Origin: an uncultured Lachnospiraceae bacterium
GTDB lineage: Bacteria > Bacillota > Clostridia > Lachnospirales > Lachnospiraceae
Assembly: GCA_946620035.1 (NCBI GenBank)
Contig: CAMOMX010000001.1
Span: 1,934-65,933 of the forward strand
DNA length: 64,000 nucleotides
Reading direction: 5' to 3'
Shown: positions 29,929 to 38,624 of the stretch, in pieces
Layout: each line of letters starts with the position of its first letter
Position numbering within the stretch: position 1 is the stretch's first letter
Translations under genes and position numbers: made by a program
Notes under the pieces: model-generated
What the model saw: only the letters and a program-made list of their open reading frames with translations
Told to the model about the DNA's origin: nothing
Databases searched by the model: none

Positions 29929-30111
29929 ATGAGTAAATATAGCGGTTATACGCCTTCAAGAAAGAAGGCAAATGATAAATATCTGACTGAGAAAGTCGAT
30001 AGTATAATGGTGCGCGTTCCCAAGGGGCAAAAATACAGTTCAATCTTTTTTGCCTTGTGTGACTGGTACTGTGGCATTTTCTCAGCTTTTCCGGACAATA
30101 CCCATCAATGA
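29929..30111 (+). pseudogene. Truncated RHH/Arc-like DNA-binding protein, apparently leaderless
   Basis: SRKKANDKYLTEKVDSIMVRVPKGQK resembles small Firmicute RHH-type proteins, then becomes non-family sequence; TG-n-TAAAAT ends 6 nt before the ATG. Confidence 0.5.
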
Positions 30112-30171
30112 ATCAAAACGCCTTAAAACGCTAAATACGCGGCCGATTGAAATTTGAGAGGAATAAACAGA

Positions 30172-30375
30172 ATGAGTAACAAAGACTATGCAAAAACCCT
30201 GATTGACAAAATCCCGGATTACAAAATAGATATTGTACTAGCCTATCTTCAAGGCATCTGTGACGGCATTGACACCCCCAATGACGAAACGATAGCAGCC
30301 ATTAAAGAAGCTGATGCCGGTGAAGGAGCTTCGTTCAGCTCCCTTGATGCCCTCTTTGCTGATCTGGGAGTTTAA
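30172..30375 (+). CDS. Antitoxin with DinJ/RelB-like C-terminus
   Basis: C-terminal PNDETIAAIKEA..FSSLDALFADL is typical of DinJ toxin-binding tails; 2 nt upstream of the toxin. Confidence 0.8.
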   Translation: MSNKDYAKTLIDKIPDYKIDIVLAYLQGICDGIDTPNDETIAAIKEADAGEGASFSSLDALFADLGV

Positions 30376-30377
30376 GT

Positions 30378-30647
30378 ATGCTGTCCATTCGCAGATTAAA
30401 CAAATTCAAGAAGGATATTAAAACCTGTCAGAAACGCGGGTATAATATGGATCTGCTAAAGTCAGTTATTGCTACACTTGCCATTCCGGAACAGTTGGAA
30501 GCGAAGAATCGACCGCATCCATTAACCGGCGATTATTCCAGCTATGAAGAATGCCATATTGCCCCTGATTGGCTTTTGATATACCAGCAAACAGAAAATG
30601 AGCTGGTACTTGTCCGAACCGGCACGCACTCCGATTTATTCAGATAA
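30378..30647 (+). CDS. yafQ: YafQ-family mRNA interferase toxin
   Basis: FKKDIK, HPLTG, ECHIAPDWLLIY, RTGTHSDLF. Confidence 0.92.
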   Translation: MLSIRRLNKFKKDIKTCQKRGYNMDLLKSVIATLAIPEQLEAKNRPHPLTGDYSSYEECHIAPDWLLIYQQTENELVLVRTGTHSDLFR

Positions 30648-30746
30648 ACAGGCAGGCGGCTTCCGGTGGCATGGAATGTTCTTTCATGTATTCCGGAAGC
30701 GCCTATTTTTTATGCCAAATGTCAAAAAGCTTTTCAATACAGCATG

Positions 30747-30800
30747 AAAAAAGAGTGTGCTGCCCCCGCTGTTCAATCAGCAGGATGCAGCACACTCTTA
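30747..30800 (-). terminator. Terminator after Fe-ADH
   Basis: aagagtgtgctgc..gcagcacactctt with a minus-strand U run. Confidence 0.75.
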
Positions 30801-30815
30801 AATTCCGGATTATCT

Positions 30816-31895
30816 TCAGATCCCCGCGATCCGCCGAAGCACCGCTTCGTTTACCGGGAACGGGGGCAGTTTGCACTTACTTTCGTTTGCGAGGACTTCG
30901 CTCACAGTCTCCTCAAGGATCTCCGAAGGGACTTCATCGCGGCCGCAGGTCGTCACGAAGTATTCCTCCAGCGCGTCCGTACTGTCGAAGCCGGCGAGGG
31001 AAAGGATATGGGAGACCTCTTCCGGGTCCGCTTCCTTCAGGTAGCCGGTAAGGAAATAGCCGCAGGCTTTTCCGTGCGCCATGTGCGCGCTGTAGGTGAG
31101 CCTGTAGCTCAGCGCGTGCGGGATCGAGGTCGCTGTGTGCGCGATCGACATTCCCGCCATGCAGGATGCGTTCATCATATTCTGATAGTCCTGCGAAGTG
31201 GCCTGTCTTTTTCCGAGGATCACGTCTTTGCTCTTTGACCAGGTCCTGATCCCGGCTTCCGCGCACATTCTGCTGAAGTCCGTGGCCTTTGAGTGAATAA
31301 AGCTCTCGTAGAGGTGGCAGAGCGCGTCCATTGTCGTATTGGCAAGGACATGCGCCGGCGCGCTCGAGAGGTATCTTCCGTCGATAAGAGCCAGCTGCGC
31401 GAAGATCTTGTGAGGGATCGAGCCCTTTACGTGTTTGTCATGTCTTGTGAGGACAGAGACCGCCGTGACTTCCGACCCTGTCCCGCAGGTTGTGGGGACC
31501 TCCGCGACGGGCACCGTCGTGGTCTCCGCCGTTTTGTCGTAGAGATAGTTCCGGTCGCAGTCCGGATGCTTCATCATGAGCGCAATTGCCTTAGCCGCAT
31601 CCATGGGGGATCCGCCCCCGATTCCGATGACGAAATCCGCCTCCACTTTACAGCCGACCTGCCGGGCTCTCATGATGGTCTCCACGGAAGGGTTCTCCTC
31701 AATTTCCGCAAACTCCACCCAGGAGACGCCGTTTTGGGACAGCGCCGCCGTCACATCATCAAATGCGCCGCATCTTCTGGCACTCGACTTTCCGGTCACG
31801 ATCAGGGCGCGCCTTCCCAGAGAAGCCAGCTCCGCACCGTGCTTCATGACACAGTTTTCTTCGGAGTACACCTTTACCGGCATATAGAAATTCAT
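30816..31895 (-). CDS. Iron-containing alcohol dehydrogenase
   Basis: GGGSPMDAAK, PTTCGTGSEVT, DALCHLYES, PHALSY, HGKACG. Confidence 0.9.
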   Translation of the reverse strand: MNFYMPVKVYSEENCVMKHGAELASLGRRALIVTGKSSARRCGAFDDVTAALSQNGVSWVEFAEIEENPSVETIMRARQVGCKVEADFVIGIGGGSPMDAAKAIALMMKHPDCDRNYLYDKTAETTTVPVAEVPTTCGTGSEVTAVSVLTRHDKHVKGSIPHKIFAQLALIDGRYLSSAPAHVLANTTMDALCHLYESFIHSKATDFSRMCAEAGIRTWSKSKDVILGKRQATSQDYQNMMNASCMAGMSIAHTATSIPHALSYRLTYSAHMAHGKACGYFLTGYLKEADPEEVSHILSLAGFDSTDALEEYFVTTCGRDEVPSEILEETVSEVLANESKCKLPPFPVNEAVLRRIAGI

Positions 31896-31913
31896 TTCCG
31901 TTCCTCCCGTATG

Positions 31914-32615
31914 TCAGGATTTTTTCGCGGGAACTTCAAAGCTCTTGACTGTTCCGAACTTGGTCGTCTGGACAATGCTCCGAAGATCAAATCCCGCGTC
32001 GACAAGGATCTGGGCCATGTCTTCGACCGAGATCGCGCCGGAGGCCTTCACGACGATCTCCGCGCCTCTGTCCTTGGTGTGGTAGACCGCCAGGGAATCC
32101 AGGTTTGCGTTGTTGTCGCCAAAGAGCTTTGCCATGGGCGCGAACTCTCCGGGCGTATCGGTGGCGCCGAAGATAAATCTTGTCCCCTGCTTCTTGAGAC
32201 CGAGAAGCTCTACAAATGCCTGGAAGATGTCCTTATCCGTGATAATGCCGATGACCTTGTTGTTTTCATCCACAACAGGGAGGCAGGAAATCTCATGGTC
32301 GAGCATCGTCTGCGCCGCCACTTCCACAAAGACGTCCTGTGAAATGGTCTTTACATCCTTGCCCTTGATCATGATATCCGCCACTTTGGTCTTGCTGAGC
32401 AGGTAATTGAGCTCATAGATGGACAGGGACGTCGAATTGGCGCCGCTCTGCTCTTCCACAAGTCCTCCCGTCACCAGGCCGACAAGCTTCCCCTGCTCAT
32501 CCACGATCGGAAGGCGGTGGAAATGGTTCTTTCTCATGATCTCTACAGCCTTGGAGATCACCACGTCCTTAGTGATCGTATAAGGGTTTTCGGTCATATG
32601 GTCTTTTACATACAT
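31914..32615 (-). CDS. CBS-pair plus ACT-like protein (AcuB-like)
   Basis: FHRLPIVD, SLSIYELNYLL, CLPVVD..GIITDKDIF. Confidence 0.85.
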   Translation of the reverse strand: MYVKDHMTENPYTITKDVVISKAVEIMRKNHFHRLPIVDEQGKLVGLVTGGLVEEQSGANSTSLSIYELNYLLSKTKVADIMIKGKDVKTISQDVFVEVAAQTMLDHEISCLPVVDENNKVIGIITDKDIFQAFVELLGLKKQGTRFIFGATDTPGEFAPMAKLFGDNNANLDSLAVYHTKDRGAEIVVKASGAISVEDMAQILVDAGFDLRSIVQTTKFGTVKSFEVPAKKS

Positions 32616-32666
32616 ATTGATATCCTCCCTGATTTTCTGTCTTTCTCTATACCCGTTCTGAAAAGA

Positions 32667-33371
32667 TCAGCCGCCGAGATATGCCTTCTGCACTCTCTCG
32701 TCGTTCGCGAGTTCTTCCCCGGTTCCCTCGAGTGTGATCTTTCCTGTTTCCAATACATATGCTCTGTCCGCAATGGCCAGCGCTCTCTTTGCGTTCTGCT
32801 CGACGAGAAGGATCGTCGTGCCCTTATTGTTGATCTCCTGAATGATGTGGAAGATCTCCGATACAAGAAGCGGGGACAGTCCCATGGAGGGCTCATCCAG
32901 AAGAAGAATGGAGGGCTTTGCCATGAGCGCTCTACCCATCGCCAGCATCTGCTGCTCGCCGCCGGAGAGCGTTCCGGCGGGCTGCATTCTGCGCTCCTTG
33001 AGGCGGGGGAAGAGCTGGTACACTTCTTCCATGTCCTTTCGGATCCCGTCCTTGTCCTTTCTGAGATAGGCGCCCAGGATCAGGTTCTCTTCCACGGTCT
33101 GCTCCGCAAACACCCTTCGTCCCTCGGGAACCTGCGCGAGCCCCATTCCTACGATCTTGTTGGGGGCTGTTTTGGTAAGTTCCGTATCGTCAAGCTTAAT
33201 ACTCCCCTCCGAGGCCTTCACAAGGCCGGAGATGGCGTGCATTGTGGTTGTTTTCCCGGCGCCGTTTGCGCCGATCATCGTCACGATCTCGCCGTCCCGA
33301 ACCTCAAAGGAGATTCCCTTGATCGCCTCGATCATGCCGTATTTCACTTTTAAGTCCTGTACTTTCAGCAT
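32667..33371 (-). CDS. livF: Branched-chain amino acid ABC transporter ATPase
   Basis: GANGAGKTT, VPEGRRVF, LSGGEQQML, LDEPSMGL. Confidence 0.95.
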   Translation of the reverse strand: MLKVQDLKVKYGMIEAIKGISFEVRDGEIVTMIGANGAGKTTTMHAISGLVKASEGSIKLDDTELTKTAPNKIVGMGLAQVPEGRRVFAEQTVEENLILGAYLRKDKDGIRKDMEEVYQLFPRLKERRMQPAGTLSGGEQQMLAMGRALMAKPSILLLDEPSMGLSPLLVSEIFHIIQEINNKGTTILLVEQNAKRALAIADRAYVLETGKITLEGTGEELANDERVQKAYLGG

Positions 33372-33467
33372 AGTTACTCCATTTAGAAGCGCGATGCGGA
33401 CACGCAAGGTTTGCGGCGCTTCGAAGCAAACCTTGAAGCCGGAAACAAGACCGGCTGCAGTAAAGGA

Positions 33468-34262
33468 TCAATCTCCCAGATACGCCTTGATCACTTCCGG
33501 GTTCGACTGGATCTCTTCCGGCGTTCCCTGAGCCAGCATCATACCGTAGTTAAGAACCGTGATCCTCTCACAGATTCCCATCACAAGCTTCATGTCGTGT
33601 TCGATCAGAAGGATCGCGATCCCGAAGTGATCGCGGACAAACCGGATCATGTCCATCAGTTCCGCTGTCTCCTGCGGATTCATGCCCGCCGCGGGCTCAT
33701 CCAGAAGAAGAAGCTTGGGGTTTGTCGCGAGGGCTCTCGCGATCTCCAGTCGCCTCTGCGCGCCGTAGGGGAGATTGCTTGCCGTCACATCCGCAAACTG
33801 ATCCAGTTCCATGATCTTAAGAAGTTCTCTTGCCTTCTCATCGATCTGACGCTCACTGGCATAATACTTGGGAAGGCGGAGCATCGCCGTGATCGGCGAG
33901 TAAGGGATCACATTGTGGAAACCTGTCTTTACATTGTCCAGAACGGTCAGTTCGCCAAAGAGCCGGATGTTCTGGAATGTTCTCGCGATTCCGGCTTTGT
34001 TGATATCCACAACGCTCTTTCCGGCCGTGTCTTTTCCGTCAAACACGATTTTGCCCCTGGTGGGTTTATACACTTTGGTCAAAAGATTGAAGACCGTTGT
34101 CTTTCCCGCCCCGTTAGGACCGATCAGTCCCGCGATCTCACCCTCGAATACCTGGAGATTCAGGTCATTGACGGCTGTAAGTCCTCCAAAATCAATACCC
34201 AGTTCCTGCACGTCGAGAACAGGTGCCTTTTCGCTGTTTTGGTTTGTACGGGTTTCAGCCAT
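33468..34262 (-). CDS. livG: Branched-chain amino acid ABC transporter ATPase
   Basis: GPNGAGKTT, RTFQNIRLF, LPYGAQRRLEIARAL, DEPAAGMN. Confidence 0.95.
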   Translation of the reverse strand: MAETRTNQNSEKAPVLDVQELGIDFGGLTAVNDLNLQVFEGEIAGLIGPNGAGKTTVFNLLTKVYKPTRGKIVFDGKDTAGKSVVDINKAGIARTFQNIRLFGELTVLDNVKTGFHNVIPYSPITAMLRLPKYYASERQIDEKARELLKIMELDQFADVTASNLPYGAQRRLEIARALATNPKLLLLDEPAAGMNPQETAELMDMIRFVRDHFGIAILLIEHDMKLVMGICERITVLNYGMMLAQGTPEEIQSNPEVIKAYLGD

Positions 34263-35328
34263 TGGAAGCACCTCCTTTCGCCTTGGATGCGGTGAGCCCT
34301 TTCCACCTGATCTTAAGCCACTCATTGTTGGTCACCAGCATGATCAGGATCAGAACGACCGCGTAGATCAGCATTCTGTAGTCCTGCAGGGAGCGCAGAA
34401 GCTCCGGAAGAAGGATCAGGACCACTGTCGAGATGATCGTTCCGGTCATATTGCCAAGACCGCCCAGAACAACATAGACCAGGATCAGGATCGATGTATT
34501 GAAGTCAAACTTGTTGGGAACGAGGGTTGCATAGTTGAGTCCGTAGAGGGCCCCGGCCGCGCCTGCCAGAGACGCTGAGACAACAAAGGCCAGCATCTTG
34601 GTCCTGGAGATCGGAATACCCACAGATTCCGCCGCGATCCGGTTATCCCTGGCCGCCATGATCGCTCTTCCGCTCCTTGACATCATGAGGTTATAGACGA
34701 TAAGGAGCGCGACGAGTACAAGGATAATGCCCACCGTAAAGTTCGCGATCTTCTGCGTGCCCGTGGCGCCCATAGGTCCGTTCAGGAGCATCTTTCCGCC
34801 CGGCTGGAGCTTGAAATTGCTGTCCACAAAGCTGAAGTGAAGGCCGTCGGAGTCAAACCCGATATAGGTATTCATAAAGATACTCTTGATGATCTGTCCA
34901 AACGCGAGCGTGACGATCGCCAGGTAGTCGCCCTGGAGCTTCAGAACGGGGATACCGATCACAAAGCCAAAGAGCCCTGCAAGGAGCGCGCCGCATACCA
35001 TCGAGAGGATCAGCCTGGGAATGGCCGCTGTCACGGTGCCTGCAAGGCAGCCGGAAACACATACGGCGCAGAACGCGCCGACACTCATAAATCCCGCCTG
35101 GCCAAGGTTCAGCTCTCCCGAAACACCGACATTGAGATTGAGGCCGATCGAGGCCACTACATAACATGTGATCGGAACAAGGAGGCTGCTGAAAAGGCTC
35201 GAGAGATTGCCGGTCTTAAGAAGGACCTCTACCACAATATAGGCCGCGATCACGATCGCAAAGGAAATGAGCCGGCCTCTTTTGTTTTTGTCTCCTGTAT
35301 GGGAGAAAAATCCGCCTGATTTCTTCAT
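34255..35328 (-). CDS. livM: Branched-chain amino acid ABC permease
   Basis: GELNLGQAGF, GDYLAIVTLAFG, VVLGGLG. Confidence 0.92.
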   Translation of the reverse strand: MKKSGGFFSHTGDKNKRGRLISFAIVIAAYIVVEVLLKTGNLSSLFSSLLVPITCYVVASIGLNLNVGVSGELNLGQAGFMSVGAFCAVCVSGCLAGTVTAAIPRLILSMVCGALLAGLFGFVIGIPVLKLQGDYLAIVTLAFGQIIKSIFMNTYIGFDSDGLHFSFVDSNFKLQPGGKMLLNGPMGATGTQKIANFTVGIILVLVALLIVYNLMMSRSGRAIMAARDNRIAAESVGIPISRTKMLAFVVSASLAGAAGALYGLNYATLVPNKFDFNTSILILVYVVLGGLGNMTGTIISTVVLILLPELLRSLQDYRMLIYAVVLILIMLVTNNEWLKIRWKGLTASKAKGGASNG

Positions 35329-35341
35329 GTCTTCTCCCTCC

Positions 35342-36217
35342 TTATACCTTGACATTGATCTTCTTTCCGAGAAGACCGGTGGGTTTGATCAAAAGGACCA
35401 CGATCAGGACGCCGAACACGATCGCGTCCGACAGCTGTGTGGAGATATAGGCCTTCGCAAAGATCTCAATAATACCAAGAACCAGTCCACCGACAAAAGC
35501 GCCGGGAACAGAGCCGATCCCTCCGAAAACGGCCGCCGTGAATGCCTTGATACCGGGCATTGATCCCATCGTCGGATAGACAGAAGGATATGTGGATGCC
35601 AGCAGCACAGAGGCAATTGCCGCAAGGCCGGAGCCGATCGCGAACGTGATGGAAATGATCTGATTGACATTGATCCCCATCAGCATGGAAGCGCCTTTGT
35701 CCTCCGAGCACGCTCTCATCGCACTGCCTGTCTTGGTTTTGTTGATAAACAGTGTGAGGCAGATCATGACAACAATGCAGGTCGCGATCGTGATCAGGGT
35801 CAGATAGGAAACGGAAGCTGCCCCGATCGAGATTCCTCCCGCCGAGATGACAGAGGGAAATACTTTACTGGACGATGACCAGAGGATCTGCGCTCCGTTC
35901 TGCAAAAAATAGCTCACACCGATCGCTGTGATCAGGACAGCAAGGCTGGGGGCCTGGCGGAGAGGCTTATAGGCCAGTCTCTCGATGACGACACCCAGGA
36001 CCGTGCAGACCAGCATTGCGGCCAGAACCGCCGCGGGAAACGGAAGTCCGAATTTGGAAATCGAGAAAAAAGCGATATAAGCGCCAACCATAATAATATC
36101 GCCGTGTGCAAAGTTGAGCATCTTGGCAATTCCGTATACCATTGTGTATCCCAGCGCAATGATCGCATATACGCTGCCAAGTCCCAATCCGTTGATCAAA
36201 TAGGATAGAAACTGCAT
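35342..36217 (-). CDS. livH: Branched-chain amino acid ABC permease
   Basis: YAIIALGYTMVYGIAKMLNFAHG, KAFTAAVFGGIG. Confidence 0.92.
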   Translation of the reverse strand: MQFLSYLINGLGLGSVYAIIALGYTMVYGIAKMLNFAHGDIIMVGAYIAFFSISKFGLPFPAAVLAAMLVCTVLGVVIERLAYKPLRQAPSLAVLITAIGVSYFLQNGAQILWSSSSKVFPSVISAGGISIGAASVSYLTLITIATCIVVMICLTLFINKTKTGSAMRACSEDKGASMLMGINVNQIISITFAIGSGLAAIASVLLASTYPSVYPTMGSMPGIKAFTAAVFGGIGSVPGAFVGGLVLGIIEIFAKAYISTQLSDAIVFGVLIVVLLIKPTGLLGKKINVKV

Positions 36218-36244
36218 GTCCGCCCTTCCTTTCAGGTCTGTAAA

Positions 36245-36274
36245 CAGAAAGCCCGCACAGTGGCGGGCTTTCTG
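36245..36274 (-). terminator. Stem-loop between livK and livH (stabiliser or partial terminator)
   Basis: cagaaagcccgc/gcgggctttctg 12-bp stem. Confidence 0.6.
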
Positions 36275-36313
36275 CCTGTTTAACACAATCAGATCTAATA
36301 TCAAATATCGGTA

Positions 36314-37549
36314 TTATTCTGCGCCTACATAAACGCCGTTCTGGATCACAACAGCCTTCGGGGACTTTGTGACCTCACCGGTCTCACTCCACTTCATCTC
36401 TTCGCCTGTCAGGCCGCTGAAGGTCATGCTTGTAAACTGAGCTGTGAGTGCATCACAGATCTCTGACGCGCTCATGTCCGCTGTGACACCGGCAGCTTCG
36501 CAGGCCTGTGCGATCGCGTATACGCAGTCATAAGCATCTGCCGCGAACTGGTTCGGGATCTCGCCGTTGCATTTCTCTTTGTATGCGTTTACAAAGTTCA
36601 CTGTCAGTTCATCGGTAGCATCCGCGGAGAAAGGAGTCAGCAGATAGACGCCCTCCGCGAGAGAAGTGTCGAAACCTTCCAGCGTAAGGATTCCGTCCAT
36701 ACCGTCCACGCCGAAGAAAGTGGGCTTATAACCCATCTGGTTCGCCTGTGTGAGGATCAGGGAAGCGGGATCATAGTAGATGGGAAGGAAAACGATGTCA
36801 GCGCCGGCATCCTTCGCCTGTCCGAGCTGGACAGTGAAGTCCTGAGCGTTGGAATCATCAAATGTTCCCTCATAAACTACGCTGAGGCCCTTTGCCGCAG
36901 CTTCCGCTACGAATGTATCATGGATTCCCTTGGAATAGTTGTCATCATTCTTGTAGATGATCGCAACCTTGGAGCCGAGATCCGCATGTGCCGAAATATA
37001 GTCCGCACTTGCGGTTCCCTGGTTGGGGTCTGTAAAGCACATCTGGAATACATTTCCGTATGCGCCGGACAGGTTGTCGGCATCCTGATAGATTACTGCT
37101 GTAGAGGATCCGGAAGGAGTGATCGCGAAGATCCTGTCTTCCGCATAAGAAGGAGAAACCGCCGCGCCGGGCGCAGAAGTTACGGTTGCAAGAGAAACCT
37201 GCATGCCCCAGTCCTTGAGAACGCCGTAAGCGGAGACAGCCTTCTCGGGATCGTGCGCGTCATCTTCCATATCCAGTTCAAACTGAAGGCCGCCTTTGGC
37301 GTTGACTTCCTCAACCGCGATCTCAGCCGCGTTTTTGACCGCCTGTCCGTAAACAGCCGCAGGTCCTGTAAGAGGTCCGGAACCGCCGATCTTGATCTTG
37401 GCACCGGTATCCGCTGCTGCTTCTGTCTTCTCTCCGCTGTCAGCAGGTGCGCTGCTGCTCGAAGCACCCGAGCCGCCGCATGCTGTCATAGCAGCTGCCA
37501 TGCATACCGACATCGCTACTGCAAGGCTTGTCTTAAATACTTTTTTCAT
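36314..37549 (-). CDS. livK: Branched-chain amino acid ABC substrate-binding lipoprotein
   Basis: Lipobox MTAC, GPLTGPAAVYG, FQMCFTDPNQG, FAADAYD. Confidence 0.9.
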   Translation of the reverse strand: MKKVFKTSLAVAMSVCMAAAMTACGGSGASSSSAPADSGEKTEAAADTGAKIKIGGSGPLTGPAAVYGQAVKNAAEIAVEEVNAKGGLQFELDMEDDAHDPEKAVSAYGVLKDWGMQVSLATVTSAPGAAVSPSYAEDRIFAITPSGSSTAVIYQDADNLSGAYGNVFQMCFTDPNQGTASADYISAHADLGSKVAIIYKNDDNYSKGIHDTFVAEAAAKGLSVVYEGTFDDSNAQDFTVQLGQAKDAGADIVFLPIYYDPASLILTQANQMGYKPTFFGVDGMDGILTLEGFDTSLAEGVYLLTPFSADATDELTVNFVNAYKEKCNGEIPNQFAADAYDCVYAIAQACEAAGVTADMSASEICDALTAQFTSMTFSGLTGEEMKWSETGEVTKSPKAVVIQNGVYVGAE

Positions 37550-37599
37550 GGTTTTCAACCTCCCTTTGATAATTTGGATCATCAATCACCAACGAGTTC

Positions 37600-37628
37600 A
37601 TTATAATTTTTTCAGGACTTCATTGCAA
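37600..37628 (-). promoter_or_regulatory. Sigma-A promoter of the liv operon
   Basis: TTGCAA-17 nt-TATAAT. Confidence 0.75.
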
Positions 37629-37635
37629 TAGCGTT

Positions 37636-38430
37636 TCACAGCGTGGCATCAACAAAACTGATATTTTTTGTCAAAAAATCACAGATATATTGGAATGCTT
37701 CCACAAAAGCCCCTTTTTTAAACCCGTGTCTCCCGCCTCTGACCATGTGAAACTCGGCATTCTGGTAGATTTTGGCGACGCGCAGGGAATAGGACGGATC
37801 CACCAGCGGGTCCTCATCTCCGTGAAGTACCAGGACCGGGCCTTTGTACTTTCCGAGGCACTTCAGATCATAATCCCAAAGGTCCGTCAGATAGACGGCC
37901 CCCATCATGCTCCACCCCCTGTAATCAAAGGGATCCGGCACGCTCTCCTTGTCCGGATAGAGGTCCCTCACATCGTCCAGTATGACAAAGGCACCATACA
38001 TTAAAACGACTGCCGCGAACAGGTCCGGATTCTGCGAGGCGGCAACTGCGGTGCTGAAAGCGCCCTGGCTTGCGCCGATCAGGATGATCCTGTCCGGGTC
38101 CGTAAAGGGCCAGGTCAGCACTTCCCGGTAAACCTCCATCAGGTCCCGGGCGCAGGTCATGACCGACATATGGAGCATGGATCCCGGACTTCTGCTCTCC
38201 GTCGAGGCTCCCCTGCAGTCAAATGTATAGAAAGCGTATCCCCGCGCGGCCAGTTCTCTTCCGTATGGAATGCCGGACTCATGCGTCCTGTAGAGTTCGT
38301 GGCAAAAAAGCACAAGCGGAACTTTCTCTCCTTTGTCCGCGCGCTCCGGGACAAAGAGCTGTCCGTAGATTCCGTTCTCCCTGCTTCCGCACCACTTCTC
38401 TTTTTGTCTGTAGGCACCTTTTATGTCCAT
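37636..38430 (-). CDS. Alpha/beta hydrolase, cinnamoyl/feruloyl-esterase-like
   Basis: GASQG nucleophile elbow, HGDED, GRHGF; layout resembles rumen cinnamoyl esterases (recalled). Confidence 0.8.
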   Translation of the reverse strand: MDIKGAYRQKEKWCGSRENGIYGQLFVPERADKGEKVPLVLFCHELYRTHESGIPYGRELAARGYAFYTFDCRGASTESRSPGSMLHMSVMTCARDLMEVYREVLTWPFTDPDRIILIGASQGAFSTAVAASQNPDLFAAVVLMYGAFVILDDVRDLYPDKESVPDPFDYRGWSMMGAVYLTDLWDYDLKCLGKYKGPVLVLHGDEDPLVDPSYSLRVAKIYQNAEFHMVRGGRHGFKKGAFVEAFQYICDFLTKNISFVDATL

Positions 38431-38521
38431 TTCTTCCCATCCTCTTTCTTTTTCAGGGCTCGCGGAGTGAGCCGCGTGCGCTTCGTGCCGCTCTTTACAC
38501 AGGCAGCAAAAACTGATAATG

Positions 38522-38556
38522 AAAAGCGGCAGCAACCGGTGAACCGGTGCTGCCGC
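38522..38556 (-). terminator. Terminator after tctA
   Basis: gcggcagca(a)ccggt/accggtgctgccgc stem plus minus-strand UUUU. Confidence 0.65.
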
Positions 38557-38624
38557 ATGTACTTCGACTGAGTATTACGGAGAGATTCTCCCTATTGCCG
38601 TGTCGGGCTTCTCAACCGCCCGCA

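Larger units (their letters stand above)
29743..30715. mobile_element. AT-rich relic islet at tRNA-Trp carrying a toxin-antitoxin module
   Basis: Visibly lower GC than flanks; tRNA-adjacent; arm-like repeats; truncated ORF; TA pair; no integrase left. Confidence 0.55.

Noticed and set aside
30648-30815. attR copy of the tRNA-Trp 3' end
   Set aside because: No duplicate found; only terminator-like hairpins
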